Positions 1-9,971 of a DNA stretch of 64,000 nt are shown in pieces (positions within the stretch are counted from its first letter, which is position 1; each line of letters starts with the position of its first letter). Below the pieces are notes generated by a model. The model made no database searches. It saw only the letters and a list, made by a program, of their open reading frames with translations, and was not told the origin of the DNA. The DNA comes from Shigella phage ChubbyThor. The position numbers and the translations under genes are program-made. The stretch lies in the sequence record OL615013; one strand, given 5' to 3'.

Positions 1-2133
1 TTACGTTACCGGTACGCCGTTAACCAAGAATTCTTCTGTGCCGTTACTCGTGCCGTTCGCGCCGTTGCTGAAACGGTTGGTAACAGAAGAATAGAAGTTC
101 GGCTGAACCTTAGCCACTGCCGTTCCAGTGCTGCGGGAAATGCGGTGCGCGTTTACCGTACCAAAGAATTCATTTCCTCCCCACGGGAATGTGGAGTCAG
201 TGTTCACGTAGGTTCCGTACCAAATTCCGTAACCAAAACCATAAATCTGGTTTCTTCTGACGTTCACCAGTTCGCCTTGACTTGTAATAAGGATTGATGC
301 GTTGGTGGTTACGTTGTTAGTCGTGCCGCGCATTTCAACATTTTTGATGTTTACCGGAGCAGTGATGCCGTTGGCAATCTGGATGGCATAACCATCGGTG
401 TTGCGTTCCAGTTTACCGCCTTCAATCGTGATCCTACCAAAGTTTGCAGCAGATGCCTGTGGCGTTATGAAAATGTTTGGCTTCGCCGGGTTGATGCTTC
501 GATGCCCTTTGATAAGTACGTCAACAACCTGACCAGTCATCTGGATGCCGTAGCCAAGCGAGTTTATGTCAACGTTATCAGATAGTGTGATTTTCCCTGT
601 GCCCTGCGAATCCTGGATTTTGTAAGCTGCGTTGTTTGTACCACCAAAACCAGAAACCAGGTTGCCAGAAACAATGTCACCGTCAACGATGTCGCCCAGC
701 AAGATGCCAGCGCCGATGTTGTCCTGGTTTATATTCAGACCAACATCATAAATCTGGTTGTTGGTTATCATGCACGGAAGATAGGCAACAGTTCCGTCTG
801 AACCACCTGAACGATAAATACCTGTCCAGCCAGTATCACGAAGGATATTGTTATCAACTTCGATGCCGCCACCGTAATCCTGGTGAGAAACGTAACCAAT
901 CGTGATCGCGTGTCGTTTTTTGATATCTGCCTTGGCCTTCGGCGTGAATTCAGTGTTTGAATACGTCATACAGTGGTTTCCACTGATGATCACGTTTCTG
1001 GAAGCCGAAAGAGAGTTAACAGATATACTCTGGCTTGCATCTGACAAACAGGTGTTGTTTGTAATGCGTCCAGATTTTGAGTTTCCCGGCGTGCCTGTCC
1101 ACTCGACTAAATCAGCACCTGATGAAAACGTGGTTGAACCATCCCAATCATTACGCCAACCAAAGAAATCATCAATTTCGTAACGGATGACATTCATCCA
1201 CATGGCACCGGAGTTCATCCATCCTTGCGCTTCACAGCTTTGAAGTTTCAGGAGTCGCAAGCCGGGGAAGTAGAAACCATTGGAGTTATGTGATAATGTG
1301 CTGATAACGCCATCCGCAGCATGGCTAATCATCTTCTTAATTTTAATGCTTTTCGACATAGACGCAGGACAAGTTACACCGTTTTTATTAGATGTGGTGA
1401 TGATAACTTTCATCCCGTTGCCATTTACGTTGATCGTAGAACCTGTGCCTGATAATGTAACCGTGTCGCTCGAATAATAATCAAGCGGTGAGCCAATACA
1501 GTAGTCCTGTGATGCCCAGCGGTTCAATGCCACACCGTTATCGAACGCTGGATCATTGGGTACACAACCACATTCTTCTGGGATTAGTCGTCCGCGCTTG
1601 ATATTGACCCAACGACCGGAACCCGAAACAGAATTTGGCTTGATAACAGAGAACGCATCATCTGGTGTTGTTGAAGATCCATGCCACTGGAAAACGCCCC
1701 CACCGATGTCGTAACCATCCAGGAAACTGCGCACAACCACACGATCTCCCGTGCTCAGAGACTGGATCCCACTGAAATCCTTTAAGGCAGCAACAGAAGG
1801 GAATGAACCGATCAACGCCATCCCATAATCGTCTGCGAGTTCACTGCGGAAGGTAATGGTTGGTCCTTCTAACATTTTGACCGTAACCGGACCTGTGTAA
1901 GTCAACTCAGAACCAGACACAGAAATGATTTTGGCACCGTTTGGGATGCCAGACGGCTTGCCCCAAATCTTTTGCGCCGTCTCATCATAAATAACGGTCT
2001 TGTTATCCAGATTTACAGTTGTTTCAGAACTGAAGATAACGGCGCTCTCGGCCACGTTCGCCGCGCGAGCAACAGCCTTGTGATTGATGTTCCAAGACGT
2101 CGAGCCTTTCGGCTGATTGAATTGCGGATTCAT
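1..2133 (-). CDS. tailspike protein (right-handed beta-helix / pectate-lyase-like receptor-binding protein)
   Basis: 710-aa ORF, stop codon TAA at positions 1-3; Gly/Asn/Ser/Thr-rich repetitive beta-helix-like composition; N-proximal segment (VNLDNKTVIYDETAQKIWGKPSGIP...) shared with the neighbouring 974-aa protein; RBS AGGAGA upstream of ATG at 2133. Confidence 0.55.
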   Translation of the reverse strand: MNPQFNQPKGSTSWNINHKAVARAANVAESAVIFSSETTVNLDNKTVIYDETAQKIWGKPSGIPNGAKIISVSGSELTYTGPVTVKMLEGPTITFRSELADDYGMALIGSFPSVAALKDFSGIQSLSTGDRVVVRSFLDGYDIGGGVFQWHGSSTTPDDAFSVIKPNSVSGSGRWVNIKRGRLIPEECGCVPNDPAFDNGVALNRWASQDYCIGSPLDYYSSDTVTLSGTGSTINVNGNGMKVIITTSNKNGVTCPASMSKSIKIKKMISHAADGVISTLSHNSNGFYFPGLRLLKLQSCEAQGWMNSGAMWMNVIRYEIDDFFGWRNDWDGSTTFSSGADLVEWTGTPGNSKSGRITNNTCLSDASQSISVNSLSASRNVIISGNHCMTYSNTEFTPKAKADIKKRHAITIGYVSHQDYGGGIEVDNNILRDTGWTGIYRSGGSDGTVAYLPCMITNNQIYDVGLNINQDNIGAGILLGDIVDGDIVSGNLVSGFGGTNNAAYKIQDSQGTGKITLSDNVDINSLGYGIQMTGQVVDVLIKGHRSINPAKPNIFITPQASAANFGRITIEGGKLERNTDGYAIQIANGITAPVNIKNVEMRGTTNNVTTNASILITSQGELVNVRRNQIYGFGYGIWYGTYVNTDSTFPWGGNEFFGTVNAHRISRSTGTAVAKVQPNFYSSVTNRFSNGANGTSNGTEEFLVNGVPVT

Positions 2134-2156
2134 GTGAATCTCCTGTTGTTATCACG

Positions 2157-2174
2157 AAGCCCCTGAAGGGGCTT
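2157..2174 (-). terminator. hairpin between the two tailspike genes (attenuator/terminator-like)
   Basis: AAGCCCC-TGAA-GGGGCTT; no strong T-tract. Confidence 0.3.
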
Positions 2175-2214
2175 TATCGATAGAAGTTGCTAGACATCTC
2201 TAGACAGAATCGGA

Positions 2215-5139
2215 TCAATTTGACATCTGTTTCCAGTCTGAGGAGGTTAAGCCATGTGATTTCCACCAGGAACTCGCACCTGCACTCCAGACTTCCTGTC
2301 CAATAAAACGGGGGGTTACTGTAGCCACAGGCGTAGGACCAGAGACGACAACATACCCATATTTTGCTGGGCCAGTAGCATTGTTCAGTATCGTGTCTTT
2401 GGTAATTCCAGTCGCACCATTAAACCATTCTAGGTCTGTTCCGCTCGCCCCACTAATAAACTCAGGTGAAAACTTAGTGAAACTACAGGCTGCATTTACA
2501 CGTGCGCCGTTGTATGCATTATATCCACTAGCCTGGGTATTAGTCCAACGGCCACCGATCACACTGCCGCCACTACAGCTCAGGAACCAAGCTGCGTATC
2601 TTGCGAACCCTTCCACGTTCACATTAATCAGTTCAAAACCGGAAGCACCATTACACTGAATACCATCGTTGTTTGGGACACCACTCGCGATTTGTGGGTT
2701 AGCAGCATATCCAGTTAAGTTAGCGCCATTAATGTAAATACCAGTACTTGTGTTAGTGCTGAAGAAGATACCGACACCAGAACAGTTCTGAACGCTGAGG
2801 TTGCTAATACGGATACCACGAGCATAATCGAAACTTAAAGCTCGCTCTGCCGCTGAAACAGACCGATAACCAAATCCAATATCACGCAGACGTATATTGC
2901 TCATAGTGATATTGGATGGGTTCATACCCGGTGTCACAACTTCAAAACCTTCAAAGGTGATTCCGTTACCACAGTTGGTGGCTACAACATTATCCACAAC
3001 AATGTCGGCAACGTAGCGTTTGAAACCCATAGCCCCTTGAGCGCAGTCGCGCAACACCAGGTTGGACATTGCGCAGTTACGAGTACCGCCTGCCACACTT
3101 GCAGATAAGTAGATCCCAAGGTCGCGCGTGTTTTCTACATAAAGACCATTCACCCAGCAGTTTTTGGTAGTCGCAAACATCAGACCTGAGTCGGGGGCAT
3201 TCACGAGCTTACAGTTGGTGATAGAGCATCGATTCCCACCGAACGTTAAGATGTCGGCTACAGCATACAATGTGTTGCTTGCTTGGTTTCCGTCTATATA
3301 CAAATCTATTAAATGGGTATCCTGTGCATCAAAGTTCTCGACAAGATAATATGCTTTGGTCGCATCATTACAAACATTATCTGCGAATTTCAACCAGCCG
3401 CCTGCACCCTTAACAATAGTTTTAGAACCAATATGCAGATGCGTGAACACCCAAGGGTCTCCATTTTTGTTTTTGGGTGTGATGCCAATTACGCAATGTC
3501 CGGAAACACTATCCGCATAATCCAATGCTGCCTGTAATGTTTCCTGATCTGTCATTGCGCCGAACATGAAAGCGCGAACATCAATATAGTCTTCAAATTG
3601 AATTTCAAGTTGATTACCGTCCAGGCGGTCAATTAATACCACACCGTCGGCAACTTTACCTGTGTTGGGAACAACTGAATATTTGTTGTAAATACCAGAA
3701 AGAGTTTTGCTGGCCACAATACGCCCGAGCACGGTCTGGTTCGAGTTTAGCGAGTTTCGGTCTCCTAATTCCACAGCAACGCCGCCAATAGACCCAACCC
3801 CCACATTAGACTCTAATAATTCTTGGAAAACGACCAAGCTTTCAGAAGTCGGCAAGAGCAAAGAAACAACAACATTCCCTGGTGCATATGTCAGAGTGCT
3901 CCCACTCACAGATACAACAGAAGAACCTGTCGGGATACCAGAAGGTAAGCTCCAAATCTTTTGCGCCACCACATCATAGATAACAGTCTTTCCGTCCAAT
4001 TTGGTGACAGTATCTGATGACAGAATAACCTGAGAATTTGGAACGTTCATAGAACGCGCCACTTCGTTTGGTGTACGGTCGATCTGGTTGTACAGGGTTG
4101 GGTCGCCATTAATGACGACAACAACTTCATCACCAGCTTCGAGTTCGTCGGCCAGCGTGATGATCTTCGTAACGGAGTCATAAGTGAAGCCCAGACCTTT
4201 TTGCTGGCGGGATCCATCGATAAAGATCTCAGAAACATCTTCGGCATCCACGTCCAACTCGATCTCGGTTTCACCACCCGCAGCTGATCCACTATTGTAG
4301 ATCCAAGTGATAACCGTGCCGCCGCCGGAACCACCGGAGCCATTGCCCAACTGGATCGGGACGTATTGGATGACCTGCAGCTCGGAACCTGATGGGATTG
4401 ATGGACTGAAGTCCACATTGTAACCGTTCAGGGAATACTTTGATTCCAGCAGGCGTTTGCCGTCAACATACACGTCAACGATAGAAGGTTGTGTAGTCAG
4501 CGTTACCTGAGCAGTGTCTGCCGAAACGGTTTCCGTGAAGATGGTACGACTGTAAACGCGCCCCTGACCAAGGCCGACACCAGCAGTAACAATCCAACCA
4601 CGCGCGTCTCCAGACCAGGTAAAGGTCGCAGATACGCTGTCGGTGGAGAGCGTCATAGGCTCTACAGAGCCGTACATTGGGCGACCATTTGGGTCAATGG
4701 TCAGGGGATACAGGGAGAACTTTCCATACAAGTCACAGACTGTAACAGAATCACCCACACGCGTAGGGGAAGGGAACACCACCGTAGAGACGCCTGTGGA
4801 GTTGTCTACCAGATAGCCTCGCCCTTCAGTGAGCGTTGCCGTAGAGGCATGCGGAAGGGCTTCCCAGCGGATACCACCGCCACCCAGCGGCAACCATCCA
4901 CCATTTTCGTAGAAGCCCTCAAATTCGTCGGAGTCGGCATTGTAGCGAACAGAAGACGGGAGACCTGCGTCAGCATTACCCTCAGGTAAAGTCAGGACAG
5001 CATCTGGTCCATGCTCAATCGTACCCGTGTTGAGGATACCAGCCAAAGTAGACTGCTCTTCAGCCACCAGACCGAGAGGGAAAACAGGCTGTGTTGGTTT
5101 ATTAGCCATTTCAAATACCCCTAAATGTGTTCGTTTCAT
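2215..5139 (-). CDS. tailspike / tail fibre protein with N-terminal anchor module, Gly-rich linker and beta-helix domain
   Basis: 974-aa ORF; GSGGSGGG linker; internal segment (TKLDGKTVIYDVVAQKIWSLPSGIP...) homologous to N-terminus of ORF 1..2133; likely true start is the second in-frame ATG at 5109 (SD AGGGG 8 nt upstream, late-promoter-like box at 5141-5153). Confidence 0.55.
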   Translation of the reverse strand: MKRTHLGVFEMANKPTQPVFPLGLVAEEQSTLAGILNTGTIEHGPDAVLTLPEGNADAGLPSSVRYNADSDEFEGFYENGGWLPLGGGGIRWEALPHASTATLTEGRGYLVDNSTGVSTVVFPSPTRVGDSVTVCDLYGKFSLYPLTIDPNGRPMYGSVEPMTLSTDSVSATFTWSGDARGWIVTAGVGLGQGRVYSRTIFTETVSADTAQVTLTTQPSIVDVYVDGKRLLESKYSLNGYNVDFSPSIPSGSELQVIQYVPIQLGNGSGGSGGGTVITWIYNSGSAAGGETEIELDVDAEDVSEIFIDGSRQQKGLGFTYDSVTKIITLADELEAGDEVVVVINGDPTLYNQIDRTPNEVARSMNVPNSQVILSSDTVTKLDGKTVIYDVVAQKIWSLPSGIPTGSSVVSVSGSTLTYAPGNVVVSLLLPTSESLVVFQELLESNVGVGSIGGVAVELGDRNSLNSNQTVLGRIVASKTLSGIYNKYSVVPNTGKVADGVVLIDRLDGNQLEIQFEDYIDVRAFMFGAMTDQETLQAALDYADSVSGHCVIGITPKNKNGDPWVFTHLHIGSKTIVKGAGGWLKFADNVCNDATKAYYLVENFDAQDTHLIDLYIDGNQASNTLYAVADILTFGGNRCSITNCKLVNAPDSGLMFATTKNCWVNGLYVENTRDLGIYLSASVAGGTRNCAMSNLVLRDCAQGAMGFKRYVADIVVDNVVATNCGNGITFEGFEVVTPGMNPSNITMSNIRLRDIGFGYRSVSAAERALSFDYARGIRISNLSVQNCSGVGIFFSTNTSTGIYINGANLTGYAANPQIASGVPNNDGIQCNGASGFELINVNVEGFARYAAWFLSCSGGSVIGGRWTNTQASGYNAYNGARVNAACSFTKFSPEFISGASGTDLEWFNGATGITKDTILNNATGPAKYGYVVVSGPTPVATVTPRFIGQEVWSAGASSWWKSHGLTSSDWKQMSN

Positions 5140-5153
5140 CTAGGGGTATTTAG
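5113..5153 (-). promoter_or_regulatory. late-promoter-like box CTAAATACCCC with SD-sequestering inverted repeat upstream of tailspike gene
   Basis: Minus-strand CTAAATACCCCTA = plus 5141-5153; 11-bp inverted repeat plus 5113-5123 / 5141-5151; 3' arm contains AGGGG SD for ATG 5109. Confidence 0.4.
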
Positions 5154-5161
5154 TTTTCACT

Positions 5162-6373
5162 TTAGAAAGAAGCGACTAGATTGTAGTCAACGGAGCAAGC
5201 AGTCGTCGTGTTCGCATTTGTTATCGTCAAACGAAGTTTTGAAGACACTACAGAACCCGAGAATGTCACCGTACCGGAAGTGGACTTCTGAATCAACAAC
5301 TCCGACTTGATAGTCCCGTCACGGGTGATCGTCACACGATACGTATCCACGACGTTGCCTGTACCCCATTGTGCACTGATCAACACCTGACAAAGGTTCA
5401 CCAAATCGAAGTCGGGCAACGCAGAGTTCCCCGAAGCAGAGACAGTGATGCCGCTTGGGTTGGTCTTCCCGATCTTCACACGGGCAGCAATGTCGGCGTC
5501 CAGGCTTGTCATTTTGGCGTTGTAGGTCGATGTGTTGACCTTTCCAGACAACGTGGTATTGATCGTGCCGATATCACTCTGAATGCCGCTGATGGAACTG
5601 TCCAACGCCGCCATCTTCGTGTTATACGTACTGACGTTCACTTTGTTGTTCGTCAGATCTAGTATACTGGTGTCCAGGCTAGACATCTTGGAGTTGTAAG
5701 TCGACGTGTTGACCTTCGCAGCCAGAGTGGTGTTGACAGTGTTGAACTGAGACTGGATATCCAACATGTCAGCATCGTAATCGACCACTTTCAGATACGC
5801 ATTGAAGCGCGTGTCATTGAAAATGGAAGTCACAAACGCAGATGTGTCGTACTTGACAGTGTCGGTTCCACTCACCAGTAACATGGTAGTTGGCACACCA
5901 GTACCAGAGTAAGTGACCAGATTTGTGCCGTCGAAAGTGAGTTTGTTGTAGCCGCCAGATAACAACTCGATTTTCAGACCAGAGTTAACCCCGGCAGTGT
6001 CTTCACTCACGCCGTGCTTGCGCAGCATAGACAGATTGACGCCATCAGTGGAATCAACTGGCTCATCTGCGATGGTAAGTTTCTTCCCCGTAGGGATACT
6101 GACACCAGCATTGGCTCGGATTTCTGCGGCAAAAGTCTTCCGCCCGTTGATAGTTTGTTCCCCACCGTCGGTGCGAATCACCTTATTATCCAACGTGTCG
6201 TAGATGTCATCCACAGAACGCTTCAGTTCATACGTCAGATGAGCTGAAGGAGGAAACAACGGATCATCAACAGCGAAATCGTTGATAACATCGTTCTTGC
6301 TTACTTTGTCGTCAACAGAACCAAGAATTGCGTCAATCTGCTGACCTGTATATTGACTCAGGAAATCGGCCAT
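5162..6373 (-). CDS. tail fibre protein with internal sequence repeats
   Basis: 403-aa ORF; three copies of motif VN(T/V)STYNxKMxxLD; Ser/Thr/Asn-rich; sits between baseplate genes and tailspikes. Confidence 0.5.
   Translation of the reverse strand: MADFLSQYTGQQIDAILGSVDDKVSKNDVINDFAVDDPLFPPSAHLTYELKRSVDDIYDTLDNKVIRTDGGEQTINGRKTFAAEIRANAGVSIPTGKKLTIADEPVDSTDGVNLSMLRKHGVSEDTAGVNSGLKIELLSGGYNKLTFDGTNLVTYSGTGVPTTMLLVSGTDTVKYDTSAFVTSIFNDTRFNAYLKVVDYDADMLDIQSQFNTVNTTLAAKVNTSTYNSKMSSLDTSILDLTNNKVNVSTYNTKMAALDSSISGIQSDIGTINTTLSGKVNTSTYNAKMTSLDADIAARVKIGKTNPSGITVSASGNSALPDFDLVNLCQVLISAQWGTGNVVDTYRVTITRDGTIKSELLIQKSTSGTVTFSGSVVSSKLRLTITNANTTTACSVDYNLVASF
5500..5760 (-). repeat. three imperfect direct repeats inside tail-fibre gene
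   Basis: Three related DNA segments starting near 5507, 5612 and 5685, encoding VN(T/V)STYNxKMxxLD. Confidence 0.5.
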
Positions 6374-6375
6374 TT

Positions 6376-7230
6376 TTAACTCCTTGAACTTTCCAGGAAT
6401 ACGGTAAACCCAGCAGGATGGAAATGCTGACGGAAGACGCGCTCAAACACACCTTCAAAATCAGATACGTCGCCAGGAACTCTTATCACATACGTGAATT
6501 CATCATAGTAGTAATCGTCACGCATTCCTGTCGCGCCGTCACATTCAAAGTTATCGTCCAAACCACCAATTTCTTCCTTGGGGTAATACACACTCACAGG
6601 GCAACCAAAATAAATCCAGAAGAACAATTCAATCGCTTTCTTCGTCCCGCGAATGCGATAAATGTGTTTAAGCAACTTCAACCAGCGGACATGGTCCAGC
6701 GTTCGGCGTTTGGTTCCCTCGACATACACAGAGAGCGTGTCTCCGTCTGAAGTCACCAAACTGTCCGAACCAACTGGCACAAACTTCCCGAACTCCAGGA
6801 AGGTCTTATCAACCGTTCTCTGGAATCCGAAATCAGCATACCAATCGTCGATGCGTTCGTTCTTGTCTTCCATTGAGATTAATGGCCGACCGTCTACATC
6901 CAGCAAATTTTCGAAGTCTAGCGCCATCATGTTCTCAAACGTGCGCGTCAGGAACTTGTCTTCTAAGAAGTCCTTGGCCTCGGTCCCTGGTGTCTTGCGC
7001 TTCTTGATGTCAATCAGCTGCTCAATAGGAGATTGATCCGTATTTCGGTTCACCCAACCATCAGTGTCTGCCAGATACGCCAAAATCTCCTCTTCGGTGA
7101 ATCCCTGCTGGCGATACAGCCAGTTGAAGAACGTGTCCATGAACTCGATGAACACTGGGAATTCATTCTGGTAGAACAATGGGGTTTCATATTTCACCCC
7201 ATTGTGTCCGTTATTGAGATCTTTGGACAT
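6376..7230 (-). CDS. baseplate protein (wedge component, gpI-like position)
   Basis: 284-aa ORF overlapping upstream baseplate gene by 20 nt and abutting tail fibre gene; assignment by gene order only. Confidence 0.35.
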   Translation of the reverse strand: MSKDLNNGHNGVKYETPLFYQNEFPVFIEFMDTFFNWLYRQQGFTEEEILAYLADTDGWVNRNTDQSPIEQLIDIKKRKTPGTEAKDFLEDKFLTRTFENMMALDFENLLDVDGRPLISMEDKNERIDDWYADFGFQRTVDKTFLEFGKFVPVGSDSLVTSDGDTLSVYVEGTKRRTLDHVRWLKLLKHIYRIRGTKKAIELFFWIYFGCPVSVYYPKEEIGGLDDNFECDGATGMRDDYYYDEFTYVIRVPGDVSDFEGVFERVFRQHFHPAGFTVFLESSRS

Positions 7231-8992
7231 AACGCACCTCCGGCTCCACAGTTACAGCACCGATGCGAAGCACCTGGTTTTGTGTGGCCTGAATGTTCTG
7301 GTCAAGACCGTCTGGAGACACGATGATAGTCACTCCCTCGGTGTTGTAGTTGGATACTATGATGCGCTGGAGTTCAACAACGCCATTCACATAATCAACC
7401 GTTCCAACAGCTTGTACCAGATATTCCTTGGTCGTGTCTGCTGTACTCACCTTGTACATATTCAGGACACCACTGACATCGCGCATGTAGTAAGTGAAGT
7501 CGACCTCGGCCGGAAGCGGCTTAAACCCACTGATACGCACAGAACCAGATGCAATCGAGCGCCCATAATCGAACGTGAAGCTGTCTAGTACCCCATAGTC
7601 TGGCTTGAAGTGGCGCTTGTACTTCACGGAAGCGATGTTTGACGCTATCGATCTGTCCATGTCGGTGATGGCCGACTGCAACTGCTCTTTATCGAACAGT
7701 TCGTCGAATCCTTCCAGGTTCCCCAAGCCCCAGTTGACAACACCGTTCTTTACGACTGTCTTCAACTGCTCTTCGGTGTAGGCCGTGGAAGTCGGATCCC
7801 AGAACACGCGGGTGGTGACATCAACATAAGTCAGTTCAGCGTCGACAATCTTGGGTGTGATCGTACCCACATTGTACTTGTCCAAAGTCGCCACGATATC
7901 TGCCTTCTCAGCGTCGGACAGCGTCTCACCAACAGAAGGTACTACAGCAATGTAAACGTATCCAGAGTCGGGCGGAGATAGCGTGTCTCCACCATATGCT
8001 TTGGCGCGGGAGACGTTGGAGAACAGGCGCTCGGTCAACACAGCATAATCGACTTCGGCTACCGCCGCACCCTCAGCCTGATAAGCCAGCGGAGCAAGGC
8101 GCTTGATGTCTTCAATGCTCTCTGGGTCTGTACCGCCAGAAGAACGTTCTGACACCAGTTCAACATCTACAAGGTTGAAGCCCCCGATGGAAGACGCAGA
8201 GGACAAGGCAGTGATGTCATTGCCGTCTGCACCAGAGGTCTCCAGATACTGAAGGTACACGACGTTCCCGTCTTCTACTCGCTTGCAGATATAACCGTCG
8301 CCGAATTCAAACGTGTACATCCCGTCCAACCCCAGCTCAACGAAGTAGAGTTGTGCATACTGGCTCAAATCGAACGGGCTGACATATCGTGAGAAGGTAG
8401 ACCGCACGTCGGAGGTCTCAGATTCCTGCACCTGCACCACCATGTGGTTGATGTCCACGGAAGAAGACGGGATCACATAGGTAGAGATCGCGCTGCCTTC
8501 CACGTCATAGGACTTGTACAGCCAGTTGCCCTGCACGAGTTTGATGTTCTCGAACTTGTAAGAGCCGTCTACAAGAGAGGCGCTCACAGGTTGGTCAACC
8601 GTGAAGTTGTAGGATTTGCCATCCTTCGCTCCAATGAACATCGCCCGGCGGTCCATTACAATCGTATCTGGAGCCGTGCTGGCGTCATATGGAGTGACTG
8701 TGACGTTTGCGTACAGGAACGCCGCCTGGTAGTTGTGAGGGGTGTAAGACAAGAACCCCGCCGCCAGACCAACATTAGAACGCTGTTGAGCAGAGTGAAG
8801 ATGGCTTTCGCCATTCAGCATGTTCTGCATGAACCCGATAGAGTTGGCATCCGAGGCCAAGATACGCACGATTGCACTGAGACCAGAACCTTCAAAGTCA
8901 TAATCCTTGAAAGTTGGATCAGCTTTCATGCGCTTCTTGATAAGATACTCGAAAGCCCTGACATCGAGTGAAGGAACTGTTTGTGTGGCCAT
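7211..8992 (-). CDS. baseplate wedge protein (Baseplate J / T4 gp6-like)
   Basis: ORF track 7211..9007 (598 aa); most plausible start is ATG at 8992 preceded by GGAGA SD; size and position upstream of tail fibre genes; late-promoter-like box upstream. Confidence 0.4.
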   Translation of the reverse strand: MATQTVPSLDVRAFEYLIKKRMKADPTFKDYDFEGSGLSAIVRILASDANSIGFMQNMLNGESHLHSAQQRSNVGLAAGFLSYTPHNYQAAFLYANVTVTPYDASTAPDTIVMDRRAMFIGAKDGKSYNFTVDQPVSASLVDGSYKFENIKLVQGNWLYKSYDVEGSAISTYVIPSSSVDINHMVVQVQESETSDVRSTFSRYVSPFDLSQYAQLYFVELGLDGMYTFEFGDGYICKRVEDGNVVYLQYLETSGADGNDITALSSASSIGGFNLVDVELVSERSSGGTDPESIEDIKRLAPLAYQAEGAAVAEVDYAVLTERLFSNVSRAKAYGGDTLSPPDSGYVYIAVVPSVGETLSDAEKADIVATLDKYNVGTITPKIVDAELTYVDVTTRVFWDPTSTAYTEEQLKTVVKNGVVNWGLGNLEGFDELFDKEQLQSAITDMDRSIASNIASVKYKRHFKPDYGVLDSFTFDYGRSIASGSVRISGFKPLPAEVDFTYYMRDVSGVLNMYKVSTADTTKEYLVQAVGTVDYVNGVVELQRIIVSNYNTEGVTIIVSPDGLDQNIQATQNQVLRIGAVTVEPEVRYVQRSQ

Positions 8993-8995
8993 GTT

Positions 8996-9039
8996 TATCT
9001 CCATCACCTGAACTTGAATATGGTGTTGGAGATATTTAG
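8996..9039 (-). promoter_or_regulatory. late-promoter-like box CTAAATAtCtcc with SD-sequestering inverted repeat upstream of baseplate gene
   Basis: Minus-strand CTAAATA = plus 9033-9039; 7-bp inverted repeat plus 8996-9002 / 9028-9034; 3' arm is the GGAGATA SD of ATG 8992. Confidence 0.4.
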
Positions 9040-9341
9040 TGGGATGGGATTGAAACTTCCTCGCGCGTTATTTTATTATACTATCACTCGCTTCACTGCG
9101 TTCCGCTCGGATAACACCGCCTTGACAGGCAGTCCCATTCCACAGCCATGGAGGCTGCTTTTCGTTGTTCGTTAACACTCACAACTCAAAGGGCACAGCG
9201 ATACGATACAGTCTCTGAGTGGTGTAGAAAAGTAGTTTTTGCCTATTAATAAACCGCGCTCCTATTCGTTGGCCTTTAATTCAATAACACCTTCACCAAT
9301 ATAATAGTGCGGTCAATTAACCATATATTAAGGAACCTCTC

Positions 9342-9914
9342 ATGCACATCAACACTGCTATCACGAAACACATCATTCCTTTGTTAGAGAAATATGAAGG
9401 GAAGAAATCAAAGGATATTTCGTTTGAAGATATATCCGCCGAAGTGAAGCGCTTGACACGTAAAGAAGTCAATTTCCGCCGTGTCCCCCCATCTGCAGTA
9501 GATCGGGCAAAGTCAGATTTGAACACGGCTTCCACTTTCTCCTTTAATATCGATGCCACGGCGACATTGGTATCCGAATTAACGCAGTCGTCACAAGCCC
9601 GTCGCGATCGCTTCCGCCATTTATGTGTGGCCAACGACTATCCTAGCACCCGTGTCGGCATCAAGCTTGAAGCAATCCGCTCCGAGGTGTGCTTCACAGT
9701 GAACTACATCCTGGAGCCTGAAACCAGCAACATTTATTTCGCAGCCATCATCGGCTTCTATGGTACATCCATTAATGGTTGGGCTGAGCGCGTTGAATTA
9801 AAAGAGACTCTGAACAAACACAGCATCCCGTCCACCCATTATATGTCGCTGGCCGCCGCTCGCGAATATGTGTATCTGCTCGAGCGTGATGTGAAGTTAA
9901 AAGTGGTAAAATAA
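9342..9914 (+). CDS. hypothetical protein
   Basis: 190-aa ORF starting with ATG, first plus-strand gene after divergent intergenic region 9008-9341. Confidence 0.5.
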   Translation: MHINTAITKHIIPLLEKYEGKKSKDISFEDISAEVKRLTRKEVNFRRVPPSAVDRAKSDLNTASTFSFNIDATATLVSELTQSSQARRDRFRHLCVANDYPSTRVGIKLEAIRSEVCFTVNYILEPETSNIYFAAIIGFYGTSINGWAERVELKETLNKHSIPSTHYMSLAAAREYVYLLERDVKLKVVK

Positions 9915-9971
9915 CGCTTTATTCAATAAAGAATTGCAGTAAAGTTAGTTGCATGGAAGGGAGGGAACACT

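Noticed and set aside
5137-5139. ORF-track start codon of the 974-aa tailspike
   Set aside because: The promoter-like box abuts this ATG and there is no SD; the in-frame ATG at 5109 has an AGGGG SD and lies downstream of the box.
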